Shown here: one piece after another, positions 1-10,448 of the stretch
Position numbering within the stretch: position 1 is the first letter of the stretch
Layout of the letters: every line of letters starts with the position of its first letter
NCBI GenBank assembly: GCA_017625465.1
Contig: JAGAKS010000016.1
Coordinates: 221,104-285,103, forward strand
Length of the DNA: 64,000 bases
Source of the DNA: Clostridia bacterium
GTDB taxonomy: Bacteria > Bacillota > Clostridia > TANB77 > CAG-508
Direction: 5' to 3'
Translations under genes and position numbers: made by a program
Notes under the pieces: generated by a model
Told to the model about the DNA's origin: nothing
The model's database searches: none
What the model saw: only the letters and a program-made list of their open reading frames with translations

Positions 1-593
1 GGCTCATAGCCATAAGCTTTAATCCATGAGATATCTTCATTTTTTCTAGCTTCGCAAGATACTTTGGCGCCAATACCATCTAACATTTTTGCTAATACTT
101 TTCCAATTCTACCAAAGCCCATTACTAGTACTTTGCTACCATGAACTGTTCTTTGTGTTTCTTCCATAGCAATTTGTAAAGTACCTTCTGCAGTAGCTAT
201 AGTATTTAAAACTGTAAATTCTTCTCTTTTTAATACATCAACATATTTTACATTCTTTTCTTCTAAAACCTTCTTTTGTTCTTCAGAAACAGTACCAGCT
301 ATAAAAGCTTTGCAAGAAAGTTTAGAAATAAATTCATCTACTGGTAATTTTACATTACTAAAAGGCATTGATAAATTTCTTCTATCACTTGTTACTGGAA
401 TAGGTCCTATAACAACTTTTGAAGCAGATATTGCTTCTTCGACTGTTGGACACATTTCAACATTTTCTGAATTTAAAAGTTCTTCAGATTGTTCTAAACC
501 ATAAGTATATATTGTATACCCATCTTTAGCAAGCATTCCAATTAATTTAACGATTCGTAGGTCTCCACCTACAACTGATATTGATTTTTTCAA
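1..593 (-). CDS. spoVFA: Dipicolinate synthase subunit A, partial (runs off the left edge)
   Basis: Manual translation from TTG at 593 (RBS AGGAGT): MKKSISVVGGDLRIVKL...LNTIATAEGTLQIAMEET..GFGRIGKVLAKMLDGIGA, typical of DpaA/SpoVFA. Confidence 0.9.
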   Translation of the reverse strand, partial: MKKSISVVGGDLRIVKLIGMLAKDGYTIYTYGLEQSEELLNSENVEMCPTVEEAISASKVVIGPIPVTSDRRNLSMPFSNVKLPVDEFISKLSCKAFIAGTVSEEQKKVLEEKNVKYVDVLKREEFTVLNTIATAEGTLQIAMEETQRTVHGSKVLVMGFGRIGKVLAKMLDGIGAKVSCEARKNEDISWIKAYGYE

Positions 594-647
594 AATAATC
601 ACTCCTTTTTAAAATTATATTTTATCTTACGTATAATATGCTTATAA

Positions 648-1979
648 TTATTCTTCTGAATCTACTTTTTCATTTTCTTTTTCTAATTCTTCTCTATTAT
701 CTATTTCTTCTAATTTTTTTAATCTTTCCATATCTATAATGTTACTAACACGTTTTTCAAGCTTTTCTTGTTCTTCTTTTTTAGTATTTTCGTTCATTTC
801 GTCTATTAAATTGTTAGTTTCTTCTAAGAAAATTTGTGCAGCTCTTTCTTCACGTTTTAAAACATGAGATTTTGTATCTTCTTGAATTTCTTCTTTTTCC
901 TCGTCCTCTACTTGCTCTTTTTCTTCTTGTTCTTCCATATTTACTGAAACTGTAATATGCTCTCTTATATCTTTAAAAGCTCTTTCTTTTGCTGCAATTT
1001 TTAAAAGTTTTGGTTCCAATTCTATAGCTTTATTTATAAAATTAATAGCTTTATCTTTTTCTCCTTTTAAAGCATATATTTTAGCAAGTTGATAATATGA
1101 CATAGCCTCTAAATCACCATATAAGCTCTTTTCGAAACATTGAGCAGCAGTATCTAAATCTTTTTGAATTAATGCTATTTGACCTAAATTATAATGTGCT
1201 CCGTATAATCTATGGTTTATCTCAGCAGCTCTTTCATACATTTCTTTTGCGAGTTGAAAATCACTAAGTCTTGTATAAACAATACCTAAATTATAATATA
1301 ATTCAAAATCTGCTGGTCTATACTTAAGTGCTGCCTCATATACATTGGCTGCTTCTTTAAATCTTTCTTGCTCACAAAGCAAATCTCCAAGCAGACATGA
1401 CCCTTCATAATAATCTGGTTTATTTTTAACTAAATTTTCAAGCATCTCAATTGCTTCATCTTTTTTACCTAATTCTTTAAGTAAATTAGCAATTTTATAA
1501 TATGAATCATAATCGTTCTTTTTTATATCAACTGCGGCAACATATTCATCTATTGCCCTTCTCATTCCGCCTTCATATTCATAAATTTTTCCTAAATTTT
1601 GATGTCCTAAATAGCTATTTGGATATTTTGTAACTAATTTTACCAAAATAGCTTTTGCTGCTTTAGTATCGCCTAAAGCAAATAATATTTTTGCAAGTAT
1701 TATGCTGACAAATTCAGAAAAATTTATTCCACTAAATTCCATGATAATTATAGCTACAGGTAGTAATATTGAAAGCATATATCTTATTGTTTTAAATAGT
1801 AAATTTGCATCAATACCAATTGAAATTTCAATAAAACTAATTGTTATTCCTATAGCTTGAAGTACTAATAAAAATATATAATTTGTATCATTTCTCCTAA
1901 TAATTTTGAAAAAAATTATTATAAATAAAGAGAAAGCTAATAAATTAAATATTACTTTTTCTAATAACATTTTCAACAT
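648..1979 (-). CDS. Membrane-anchored tetratricopeptide-repeat protein
   Basis: About three N-terminal TM helices, then TPR-like repeats (YYNLGIVY, HYNLGQIA), then an acidic coiled-coil tail. Confidence 0.8.
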   Translation of the reverse strand: MLKMLLEKVIFNLLAFSLFIIIFFKIIRRNDTNYIFLLVLQAIGITISFIEISIGIDANLLFKTIRYMLSILLPVAIIIMEFSGINFSEFVSIILAKILFALGDTKAAKAILVKLVTKYPNSYLGHQNLGKIYEYEGGMRRAIDEYVAAVDIKKNDYDSYYKIANLLKELGKKDEAIEMLENLVKNKPDYYEGSCLLGDLLCEQERFKEAANVYEAALKYRPADFELYYNLGIVYTRLSDFQLAKEMYERAAEINHRLYGAHYNLGQIALIQKDLDTAAQCFEKSLYGDLEAMSYYQLAKIYALKGEKDKAINFINKAIELEPKLLKIAAKERAFKDIREHITVSVNMEEQEEKEQVEDEEKEEIQEDTKSHVLKREERAAQIFLEETNNLIDEMNENTKKEEQEKLEKRVSNIIDMERLKKLEEIDNREELEKENEKVDSEE

Positions 1980-2044
1980 CCTTAATTTTACAAATTTTAA
2001 CTTTTATCATTATATATTAAAATATATCATAAATCTAGTCTTTT

Positions 2045-3298
2045 TTAGTTTTTTTCTAAATATTTAATAATTGAATTTGCACTATCTCTACCAGAACGTG
2101 AAGCCCACGCAACAGTACCTTTAGCACCTGCTAAATCTCCACCAGCAAACACACCTTTTTTAGATGTCATATTGTCGGCATCAACAGCTATTCTTCCTCT
2201 TTTATCTAAATCTAAATTTAATTTTTCCAATAATTTTTCTTCTGGTTTTGAACCAACTGCCATCATAATATAATCTATATCAATAAAATAGTTACTTCCT
2301 TCAATATTTACAGGTGATTTTCTCGTTTCACCTTCTTTTTGAACAAGCTCTGTTTTTACACATTCAATTTTTTCTACTTTTTTATCTCCAGATATTCTAA
2401 GAATATTGTTTTGGAATACGAACTCTACTCCTTCTTCCATTGCCTCATCTATTTCTTTTTTCTCAGCTGGCATCTCAGCTCTAGAACGTCTATATATTAC
2501 TATTACTCTTTCTGCTCCTAGTTTTTTTACAGTTCTTGCAGTATCCATGGCAACATTTCCACCACCACTTACAACAACTGTTTTTCCTGTATAATCTGGA
2601 TGACTATTATTTTCTAAAAGTTCATTTCCGCCAAATACACCTTCTAAATCTTCTCCTGGAATTCCCATTTGTGAAGAAATATTAGCACCAAAGCCTAAAT
2701 ATACAGCATCATACTCTTTTTGTAAATCTTCTAAAGAATAATCTTTTCCTAATTCTGCATTTAATTTAACTTCTATGCCTAAATCAATTATTTTATCTAT
2801 TACCTTTTGTAAAAGTTCTTTGTCTAATCTAAATGCTGGTATTCCATGATTCATTATTCCACCAAGAACACCATGTTTTTCATATATTGTAACTTTATAA
2901 CCATTTTTAGCAAGATTTGCAGCACAAGTAAGACCTGTTGGTCCACCACCAACAACTGCTATTTTTTTATCTTTTTCTTCAGCTACTTTTTTTAATTTCC
3001 AGTCATTCTCAATAGCCATATCGCCAACATAAGCTTCCATATCTCCTATATTTACTTGCTTTTGAGATACTCCTCTTATACAGCTACCTTGACATTGCTT
3101 ATCATGTGGGCATATTCTACCGCAAACAGCTTGTAAAACTGTAGTTTCAGAAAGTAAATCATAGGCTTCATGAATTTTATTTTCTTTTAAATATTTAATA
3201 AAACCAGTAGTATCATTTTGTAATGGACATCCAACTTGACATGGTTTAATTTTACAACTTAAACAATAATTTGCTTTTTTCTCTATTTCTTCTAACAT
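2045..3298 (-). CDS. GltD/NfnB-like Fe-S flavoprotein (NAD(P)-dependent oxidoreductase)
   Basis: CLSC-x4-C-x3-CP and CGRICPHDKQCQGSC Fe-S motifs, GGGPTG and GGGNVAMD nucleotide-binding motifs, GVFAGGD. Confidence 0.85.
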   Translation of the reverse strand: MLEEIEKKANYCLSCKIKPCQVGCPLQNDTTGFIKYLKENKIHEAYDLLSETTVLQAVCGRICPHDKQCQGSCIRGVSQKQVNIGDMEAYVGDMAIENDWKLKKVAEEKDKKIAVVGGGPTGLTCAANLAKNGYKVTIYEKHGVLGGIMNHGIPAFRLDKELLQKVIDKIIDLGIEVKLNAELGKDYSLEDLQKEYDAVYLGFGANISSQMGIPGEDLEGVFGGNELLENNSHPDYTGKTVVVSGGGNVAMDTARTVKKLGAERVIVIYRRSRAEMPAEKKEIDEAMEEGVEFVFQNNILRISGDKKVEKIECVKTELVQKEGETRKSPVNIEGSNYFIDIDYIMMAVGSKPEEKLLEKLNLDLDKRGRIAVDADNMTSKKGVFAGGDLAGAKGTVAWASRSGRDSANSIIKYLEKN

Positions 3299-3308
3299 CT
3301 TTTCTCCT

Positions 3309-4619
3309 TTAAACTTTGCCTTCTAATAAATTTGATTTGTCAAAATATTCAGTATGCAATAATTGCTCTGAAATTTCACTTAGTGGTTCTTTATAGAAAT
3401 TTTCATATAACTCTTTTATTTCTGGATTTTCATGACTTAATCTTTTTGTTAATCGCTCATCTTCTGAGTATAAGCTAGCTATTCTTTTTAATCTTGTTTC
3501 TTTTAATTTTAATAGTGTAATTTTAGGTTGTCCACCTCCACTTATACAACCACCAACACAATTCATTACTTCAACAAAATGATATGTAACTTCTCCAGCT
3601 TTTATTTTTTCTAATAAAGCTCTTGCATTATCTATTCCATGTGCGATAGCAACTTTAACTTCTAATCCATTTATATCTATACTTGCTTCTTTTACAGATT
3701 CCATACCTCTAACTTCATGAAATTCTAATTTATCATTTGGTAAGTTTTCTCCAGTTATGTAATAATATGCTGTTCTTAAAGCAGCCTCCATAACTCCACC
3801 AGTATTTCCAAAAATAACACCAGCTCCTGTTCCTTTACCCATAACATCATCAAAATTACTTTCTTCTAATGAATAAAAATCAATATTTTCTTCTTTAATC
3901 CATTCTGCAAGCTCTCTAGTAGTTATTACATAATCTGTATCTTGATAATGCTCCATTTTATTAAATTTTGAAGCATCTGATAACTCTTCTCTTTGTACTT
4001 CATATTTTTTTGCAGTACATGGAGCTACAGCGACTGTTATAATATTTCGTGGATCTATGTTTTTTAAATTTGCAAAATATGTTTTTATAGTTGCAGTTTG
4101 CATTGATATCGGACTTTTTGCAGTTGATAAATTTTTTCTAAATTCTGGATAATACATTTCAACAAATTTTACCCAAGATGGACAACAACTTGTAAATTGA
4201 GGAAGTACTCCTCCATTTTTTATTCTGTGAACTAATTCTGCTGCTTCTTCAACTATCGTTAAATCTGCTCCAAAAGTAACATCAAAAACATAATCTACAC
4301 CCAATTTTCTAATTGCTGTTACCATTTTACCTTCAACATATTCTCCATCTTCACCTGAGAATTCTTCTCCTAAAGCTACTCTTACAGCAGGAGCAGTATT
4401 AAATATAACTACCTTATCTGTGTTTTTGATTATCTCTCTAATTTTATCAAAATCTTTCTTTTCTGTTATTGCTTCTGGCGGGCAAAAATTTGCACATTGT
4501 CCACAATTTATACAAACTGGAACTTTGCAAGTTTTTTTACACATTCCACAATATACACATTTAGAAGCATCTCTTACGATGCTTGGATTATTTTCATCTA
4601 CTTCTACAAATATTGCCAT
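3309..4619 (-). CDS. Group A [FeFe]-hydrogenase catalytic subunit
   Basis: H-cluster motifs TSCCPSW, APCTAKKYE, EVMNCVGGCISGGGQP; N-terminal ferredoxin CxxCxxC motifs. Confidence 0.92.
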   Translation of the reverse strand: MAIFVEVDENNPSIVRDASKCVYCGMCKKTCKVPVCINCGQCANFCPPEAITEKKDFDKIREIIKNTDKVVIFNTAPAVRVALGEEFSGEDGEYVEGKMVTAIRKLGVDYVFDVTFGADLTIVEEAAELVHRIKNGGVLPQFTSCCPSWVKFVEMYYPEFRKNLSTAKSPISMQTATIKTYFANLKNIDPRNIITVAVAPCTAKKYEVQREELSDASKFNKMEHYQDTDYVITTRELAEWIKEENIDFYSLEESNFDDVMGKGTGAGVIFGNTGGVMEAALRTAYYYITGENLPNDKLEFHEVRGMESVKEASIDINGLEVKVAIAHGIDNARALLEKIKAGEVTYHFVEVMNCVGGCISGGGQPKITLLKLKETRLKRIASLYSEDERLTKRLSHENPEIKELYENFYKEPLSEISEQLLHTEYFDKSNLLEGKV

Positions 4620-4756
4620 TTCTTTTTACCTCTTTTCTATTCTTCCCTTATTTTATAAGAATAGTATTTTTTTTGCAATACTTTTGACCAAATATTCACA
4701 CAAATATCAGAGTTAACGTAATATGTATTATAACACTAAAATAAGGAGGAACTTTT

Positions 4757-4978
4757 ATGCAAAAAGATGCATTTTTTACAGCAAATCCAATGTATGGTCA
4801 TGCTTATACACCTGTTCAAACAATGACAAAAATATTTACACCAGAAGAAGGACTAGAAAATGGCACAATCTTTCCAGAACTTGTTAGTCCTTATGTACCA
4901 CTACAATCAGTAGCTGAAAATCAATATTTAAGAAATTATAATGAAGGAGGCTGTTTAAATGAACACAGAGATTACTAA
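4757..4978 (+). CDS. cotJA: Spore coat-associated protein CotJA
   Basis: HAYTPVQ..EEGLENGTIFPELVSPY motif; first gene of cotJABC. Confidence 0.85.
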   Translation: MQKDAFFTANPMYGHAYTPVQTMTKIFTPEEGLENGTIFPELVSPYVPLQSVAENQYLRNYNEGGCLNEHRDY

Positions 4979-5222
4979 TGATCAAAAAATGCTTATGGAT
5001 CAAATACGTTCATTAGCTTTTACTGTAAATGATTTGGCTTTGTATTTAGATACTCACCCATGCGATTCAAACGCTTTAAGATATCAATATGAATATTCAG
5101 AGCAATTACGCAATTTAAGACAACGTTATCAAAGAGAATACGGCCCACTTTCTATATATTATCCTCAAAAAGCTTGGGAATGGATAGAAAGTCCATGGCC
5201 TTGGGAAAAAGGGGGTGTTTAA
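4959..5222 (+). CDS. cotJB: Spore coat protein CotJB
   Basis: DLALYLDTHP..YGPL..WEWIESPWPWE motif. Confidence 0.92.
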   Translation: MNTEITNDQKMLMDQIRSLAFTVNDLALYLDTHPCDSNALRYQYEYSEQLRNLRQRYQREYGPLSIYYPQKAWEWIESPWPWEKGGV

Positions 5223-5223
5223 T

Positions 5224-5814
5224 ATGTGGACTTATGATAGACATTTACAATATCCAGTAAATATAAAAACACCAAACCCTACACTTGCAAAAGTTATAAT
5301 TTCTCAATACGGTGGACCTGATGGAGAACTTGGTGCATCTCTTAGATATTTATCCCAAAGATTTGGAATGCCTGACAAAAAATCTAAAGCAATATTAAAT
5401 GATATTGGTACTGAAGAACTAGCACATCTTGAAATGGTTGGAGCTTTAGTTCATCAACTAACAGATGGGGTTTCTGTACAAGAAATGGAAAAAGCAGGTT
5501 TAGGTGCATATTATACTGACCATGGTTTTGGAGTTTATCCTCAAGCAGCTGCTGGTGTTCCATGGAATGCAGCTACTATAGCTGTCAAAGGAGATCCTAT
5601 TGCAGATTTAACAGAAGATTTAGCAGCCGAACAAAAAGCTCGTGCAACCTATGAAAAATTGATAAATCTTTGCAAAGATGACCCAGATGTGGTTAATGTT
5701 TTACGATATTTAAGAGAAAGAGAAATAGTCCATTTTCAAAGATTTGGAGAAGCACTAAACGGAGTACAAGATAAATTAGCGCAGAAAAGATTTCATATGG
5801 GTAAAAATAAGTAA
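5224..5814 (+). CDS. cotJC: Spore coat manganese catalase-family protein CotJC
   Basis: MWTYDRHLQYPV..QYGGPDGELGASLRYLSQR..DIGTEELAHLEM..REIVHFQRFGEAL. Confidence 0.93.
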   Translation: MWTYDRHLQYPVNIKTPNPTLAKVIISQYGGPDGELGASLRYLSQRFGMPDKKSKAILNDIGTEELAHLEMVGALVHQLTDGVSVQEMEKAGLGAYYTDHGFGVYPQAAAGVPWNAATIAVKGDPIADLTEDLAAEQKARATYEKLINLCKDDPDVVNVLRYLREREIVHFQRFGEALNGVQDKLAQKRFHMGKNK

Positions 5815-5848
5815 AAAAAAGCACTTCGTATGAAGTGCTAAATTTTAT
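5815..5848. terminator. Bidirectional intrinsic terminator between convergent cotJC and cdd
   Basis: A-tract, GCACTTC-GTAT-GAAGTGC hairpin, T-rich tail. Confidence 0.7.
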
Positions 5849-6247
5849 TTATTTGTCTTTTTTTGAAAAAGCATAAGGTAATAATTCATCTAAAGTATAT
5901 TCTTCAATTTTATTGTCATAAGCAGTATAAATTTTGAAATCTTTATCAACAAATTCGTTCATAAATTGTCTGCAATAACCGCATGGCAAGCATCTTTCTA
6001 ACTCATCTGAATCTTTGGGTCCACCAATTACAACAATTCTTTCAAAATCTGTTTCACCTTGTGCCATAGCACTAACAAACGCTACTCTTTCAGCACATAT
6101 TGATTGAATACCTTGATTTTCTATATTGCAACCTACATATTTATTGCCGTTTTTACATTTTAAAACAGCTCCAACATTATATGATCTAGATCTTGCTTCA
6201 TTTCTAACAATTCTAGCCATTTTTAAATCTTCATTTAAATTAATCAT
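5849..6247 (-). CDS. cdd: Cytidine deaminase
   Basis: VGCNIEN, CAER and PCGYCRQ zinc motifs. Confidence 0.9.
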   Translation of the reverse strand: MINLNEDLKMARIVRNEARSRSYNVGAVLKCKNGNKYVGCNIENQGIQSICAERVAFVSAMAQGETDFERIVVIGGPKDSDELERCLPCGYCRQFMNEFVDKDFKIYTAYDNKIEEYTLDELLPYAFSKKDK

Positions 6248-6255
6248 AACTCCTC

Positions 6256-7023
6256 CTATTTTAGATGGGCTGTTTCATCAGTTCCACCTGTACTCTTTTG
6301 TTGAACTGGCTTGTTTTTGCCAATTTTTATTTTGAACGCATTTAAAAAAGTAAATTTATATTTTATTGAAATATAACCAATTGTACTTGCAACTAAAGCA
6401 CCTACTGCATCAACTATAATATCTTCCATAGTGTCTGAAAGTGCATTTCTACCTTGTAATACTATTCCAGTTTCTAAAGCATATTTTTGCATATTAGTTT
6501 TTAGTAAACCATCACTAACAAATTCATATATTTCCCAAACAGAACCTATTGTCATAGCAAAACAAAATGCGAAAAAGGCCACAAAGAATGCATTCAAACT
6601 AACATTTTCATTTTCTCTGTTTAACATTTCTACAAGTGAGAAGCCAAAGAATCCCATCATAGTAGCACTAAATGTATGCAAAATTAAATCCCAATATTCA
6701 AATCTATAATAGAAATTTCTTACTTCTCCTAAAAATATAGCAGCATACAAAAAGAATATATAAAAATAATATACGATATTTGGAATTTCCCATTTGAATT
6801 TTTTCTCAAAAACACTTGGAAGTCCCATAGCAACAATTCCTAATAAACATTGTAACAACATAAGAACATAATCACTACGAACTCTCATTTCACCACTATT
6901 TGGAATAACTTCATTTGTAGTAGTTGCAATCTTATAACATAAAAATCCTATTGGTGCAATAAAACTCATTAAGATTGCTATTGATATAATTTTTTTCCAA
7001 TCTCTTTTTTTCTTTCCTCGCAT
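6256..7023 (-). CDS. Integral membrane protein (YjdF/DUF2238-like)
   Basis: Several TM helices with WDLILH, SVWEIYEF and DTMEDIIVD motifs. Confidence 0.65.
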   Translation of the reverse strand: MRGKKKRDWKKIISIAILMSFIAPIGFLCYKIATTTNEVIPNSGEMRVRSDYVLMLLQCLLGIVAMGLPSVFEKKFKWEIPNIVYYFYIFFLYAAIFLGEVRNFYYRFEYWDLILHTFSATMMGFFGFSLVEMLNRENENVSLNAFFVAFFAFCFAMTIGSVWEIYEFVSDGLLKTNMQKYALETGIVLQGRNALSDTMEDIIVDAVGALVASTIGYISIKYKFTFLNAFKIKIGKNKPVQQKSTGGTDETAHLK

Positions 7024-7108
7024 CTATATACCTTCCTTTTCACATTTTTGGGTACTTTTGTGCTATATATTTTAGATTATATCATTAATTTTTTTTGTTG
7101 TACATAAT

Positions 7109-7882
7109 TTAAATATATTTTTTTATATTCAAAACTAATCTATCATTTCTAGTTTCTCTTTCAATTCCATTAAAAATAAATTTTCCTTTTCCTCTTATTG
7201 TAATTATATCTCCTTCATTTATTTTTTTAGAATTCTTATCTGCTACTACTGAATTTATAAACACTCTTTGTTCTATTATTATTTCTTCTGCTCTTGTTCT
7301 AGAACATTTTGCAAGTTCTGATACAAAGTTATCTAATCTTAAAGATGACACTATAATCGTAAACTCTTCAAAAGAAGTTTTGATATTTTGAAGTTCTAAT
7401 ATACTTACAATACTTATTTCAGATTTTCTAAATCTTGTAAGTTCTTGTAATCCATTTTTCAAGTACTCTGAAGATTCCTTTAAAACTACAATATCAGCAC
7501 CTGTTTCATTTACTATAATGTCTCCAAATTTTTCTCTTTTTAAACCCAATTTCATAATACCGCTTAAATAATCTCTATGTTCATATTTAAGCTCTTTAGG
7601 CAACTTTATTCTTATTACTTCTAAAATATTTGAAATATTATTTCTAGCCATTTGCTCAGTTAGTTTCTCAGGATACAAAACCAAGATGCTTCTATCTGCA
7701 TTTTCTTTTCCGCCTTCAAAAAAGTAATTTTTTACTTTTTCTTCTGTCAAAACTTTTTGTGCTTCACTTCTATTTGCCATATCCAAAAAATCTGTATTTA
7801 CTATTTTATTTCTAGTTCTGCAAAATTCTATTTTATCTGAGATTTTTTCACTTTGATATTGTTTTCTATCATTTTTAAGCAT
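7109..7882 (-). CDS. ylmH: YlmH/Sll1252-family S4-domain RNA-binding protein
   Basis: TDFLD, HRDYLSGIMKLGLKREKFGDI, SSLRLD, GDIITIRGKGK. Confidence 0.85.
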   Translation of the reverse strand: MLKNDRKQYQSEKISDKIEFCRTRNKIVNTDFLDMANRSEAQKVLTEEKVKNYFFEGGKENADRSILVLYPEKLTEQMARNNISNILEVIRIKLPKELKYEHRDYLSGIMKLGLKREKFGDIIVNETGADIVVLKESSEYLKNGLQELTRFRKSEISIVSILELQNIKTSFEEFTIIVSSLRLDNFVSELAKCSRTRAEEIIIEQRVFINSVVADKNSKKINEGDIITIRGKGKFIFNGIERETRNDRLVLNIKKYI

Positions 7883-9783
7883 TTTTGACCTCTATTTTTT
7901 ATTTCTTTAATACTTAATCTTAATTTCAAACTCTTACTATCTAAAATTGTATTGGTTATTCCCTCAACATCTAAATTGTGTCTTTTCTCAATTTCCTCTG
8001 TTTTACCATGTTTCACAAATTCATCTTGATATGCAAAGCCTATAAATTCTACATTTTTCATTTTATTTTGAGTAATGATTCGCTCTACTTCGCTAGCAAG
8101 TCCACCTTTTATAGTTCCATCTTCGATAGTAGCAACTATGCTACAAGCTTTTATTTGTTGTTTTAAAAATTCTTCATCTATTGGTTTTAAAAATCTAACA
8201 TTTATTACTTTGGCAGAAATGTCTTTTTCTTCTAATCTTTCTGCAACTTTATATGCTCTTGATACCATTTTACCAATAGCAATTAAACATACTTCATTAC
8301 CAGCTTTCAATATTTCTGCTTTTCCATAATTGATATTTTCTTGCTGTTCAAAAGCCATTTCTTCTGAACCTCTTGGATATCTTATTAAAACTGGTTTTCC
8401 AAGATTTATAGCAAATTCTAGCATATTTTCTAATTCTTTAAAGTCTTTTGGTGCCATTATATTTAAATTTGGAATTGTATTACCAAAAGACATATCTAAT
8501 AACCCTTGATGAGTTTCACCATCATTTCCAACAATTCCGGCTCTATCTGCTATTATAACAACTGGTAAATTTTGAATACAAATGTCGTGAACTATTTGGT
8601 CATAAGCTCTTTGTAAAAAAGAAGAATATATTGGAACTACCGGAACTAAACCTTCTTTCGCTAATCCACCAGCTAAACCAATAGCATGCTGTTCTGCAAT
8701 TCCAACATCAAAAAATCTATCTGGGAATTTTTTAGCAAATTCTGCAAGTCCCGTACCATCTGCCATAGCTGCTGTTATAGCAACTATTTTTTTATTATCT
8801 TTAGCAAGTTCTACAAGTTTATCTCCCATTGTTTTAGAATAATCTTTTTTTCCTGCTCCTATTTTCTTACCTGTTTCTATTTCAAACTTTGATGTACTAT
8901 GAAAAACATCAGGATTTTCTTCTGCTGGCTTGTATCCCTTTCCTTTTTTAGTTAATACATGCACTAATAAAGGACCTTCTTGCTCTTTGCAAATTTTAAG
9001 AATATCTTCTAGTTTTTCTATGTTATGTCCATCAACTGGACCTAAATATCTAAATCCTATATCTTCAAAATACATTTTAGGAATTACAAGTTGTTTAATT
9101 CCTCTTTTTGCTCTTTGTACTAATTTAATAATTTTTTTTCCCACGAATGGTACTTTATTTATTATCTTTTTACCTTTTAAATTACTTTTAACATAGAAAC
9201 CTTTTGTTCTAAGTTTTGAAAGCACCATAGAAATTCCACCAACATTTTTTGAAATACTCATCTCGTTGTCATTTAAAATAACTATGATATTACTCAAACT
9301 ACTTCCAGCATCATTTAAAGCTTCTAGAGCCATTCCTCCAGTTAAAGCTCCATCACCAATTACAGTTATGATTTTATGGTTTTCGCCTTTAATATCTCTT
9401 GCTCTTGCCATACCTAAAGCTACTGAAATAGATGTGCTACTATGCCCTGTATCATAAGAATCATATTCACTTTCAGAAGTTTTTGGAAAACCTGCCATAC
9501 CATCTAACTGTCTTAAAGTATCTAGTTTGTCTTTTCTACCTGTTAAAATTTTATGTACATAAGTTTGATGTCCAACATCCCAAATAATTTTATCTTTTGG
9601 GCAATTAAACACACTATGTATAGCCATTGTAAGTTCTACTACACCTAGATTAGATGCTAAATGTCCTCCCGTATTTGAAACTGTATTAATAATTTTGTCT
9701 CTTATTTCTTGTGCTAAAATTTGCTTTTCTTCTAAATTTAATTTTTTTAAATCTTCTGGATAATTTACTTTGTCTAAAATCAT
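7828..9783 (-). CDS. dxs: 1-deoxy-D-xylulose-5-phosphate synthase
   Basis: GGHLASNLGVVEL, DVGHQTYVHK, GDGALTGG, DVGIAEQHA, DRAGIVGNDGETHQG. Confidence 0.97.
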   Translation of the reverse strand: MILDKVNYPEDLKKLNLEEKQILAQEIRDKIINTVSNTGGHLASNLGVVELTMAIHSVFNCPKDKIIWDVGHQTYVHKILTGRKDKLDTLRQLDGMAGFPKTSESEYDSYDTGHSSTSISVALGMARARDIKGENHKIITVIGDGALTGGMALEALNDAGSSLSNIIVILNDNEMSISKNVGGISMVLSKLRTKGFYVKSNLKGKKIINKVPFVGKKIIKLVQRAKRGIKQLVIPKMYFEDIGFRYLGPVDGHNIEKLEDILKICKEQEGPLLVHVLTKKGKGYKPAEENPDVFHSTSKFEIETGKKIGAGKKDYSKTMGDKLVELAKDNKKIVAITAAMADGTGLAEFAKKFPDRFFDVGIAEQHAIGLAGGLAKEGLVPVVPIYSSFLQRAYDQIVHDICIQNLPVVIIADRAGIVGNDGETHQGLLDMSFGNTIPNLNIMAPKDFKELENMLEFAINLGKPVLIRYPRGSEEMAFEQQENINYGKAEILKAGNEVCLIAIGKMVSRAYKVAERLEEKDISAKVINVRFLKPIDEEFLKQQIKACSIVATIEDGTIKGGLASEVERIITQNKMKNVEFIGFAYQDEFVKHGKTEEIEKRHNLDVEGITNTILDSKSLKLRLSIKEIKNRGQKCLKMIENNIKVKKSQIK

Positions 9784-9791
9784 AAGCTCTC

Positions 9792-10448
9792 CTATAACAT
9801 TAAAAATGCCAATAACGAAGTAAGTAATGGTACAGTAATATTATCTGTACCTTTTATTGATACTGCTTCTATTAAAGTCATTATTCCTGCAACAACAATT
9901 GATTTTATTGCCCAATATTCTGCAGAATAATAATATAAAAATCCTGATAATATGATACCAGTCACTGCAAACATTGTAATACAACCTGCAATACTTTTAG
10001 TATTACCAGCTATTTTAAAAGTTTTGCTTTTTATAGCTTGTCCTATAACAGCTGCTAATCCATCTCCATAACCCATTACTAAAATTCCGCAAAGTCCAAT
10101 AATTGGATTATTAAGTGGACCAAATGTAATAAGTGCAAGAATTAACAAAGATATTGCATAATAAACTGTTCCCAAACTATCTTTGTTTTCTGTTCCTTCA
10201 TCTCTTTCCATTACTTTTATTAAATTAGTTTTGAAAGAAATATAATTAATAACTACAAATATCAAAGGAAGTAAAGCTGCAGACCACATATTATCGAAAA
10301 ATACTATCGCTATAATCCACCAGTTTGAAAGCATTATATGTATAAACTTTCTACTAGCCTCTTTTCCAGCTTTTTCGAAAAGTTTTCCAGCAACCATTAT
10401 AATACCTATAAATAAAACTGAAACTACTATTCCTATTATATTACTCAT
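9792..10448 (-). CDS. SEC59/VTE5/DGK1-family CTP-dependent lipid-alcohol kinase
   Basis: SRKFIHI, GYGDGLAAVIG, KSIAG and DNITVP motifs; multi-TM. Confidence 0.8.
   Translation of the reverse strand: MSNIIGIVVSVLFIGIIMVAGKLFEKAGKEASRKFIHIMLSNWWIIAIVFFDNMWSAALLPLIFVVINYISFKTNLIKVMERDEGTENKDSLGTVYYAISLLILALITFGPLNNPIIGLCGILVMGYGDGLAAVIGQAIKSKTFKIAGNTKSIAGCITMFAVTGIILSGFLYYYSAEYWAIKSIVVAGIMTLIEAVSIKGTDNITVPLLTSLLAFLML

Noticed and set aside
7828-7882. 55-nt dxs/ylmH overlap as another frameshift
   Set aside because: No CGG at the junction, both proteins look complete, and ylmH has its own GAGG RBS
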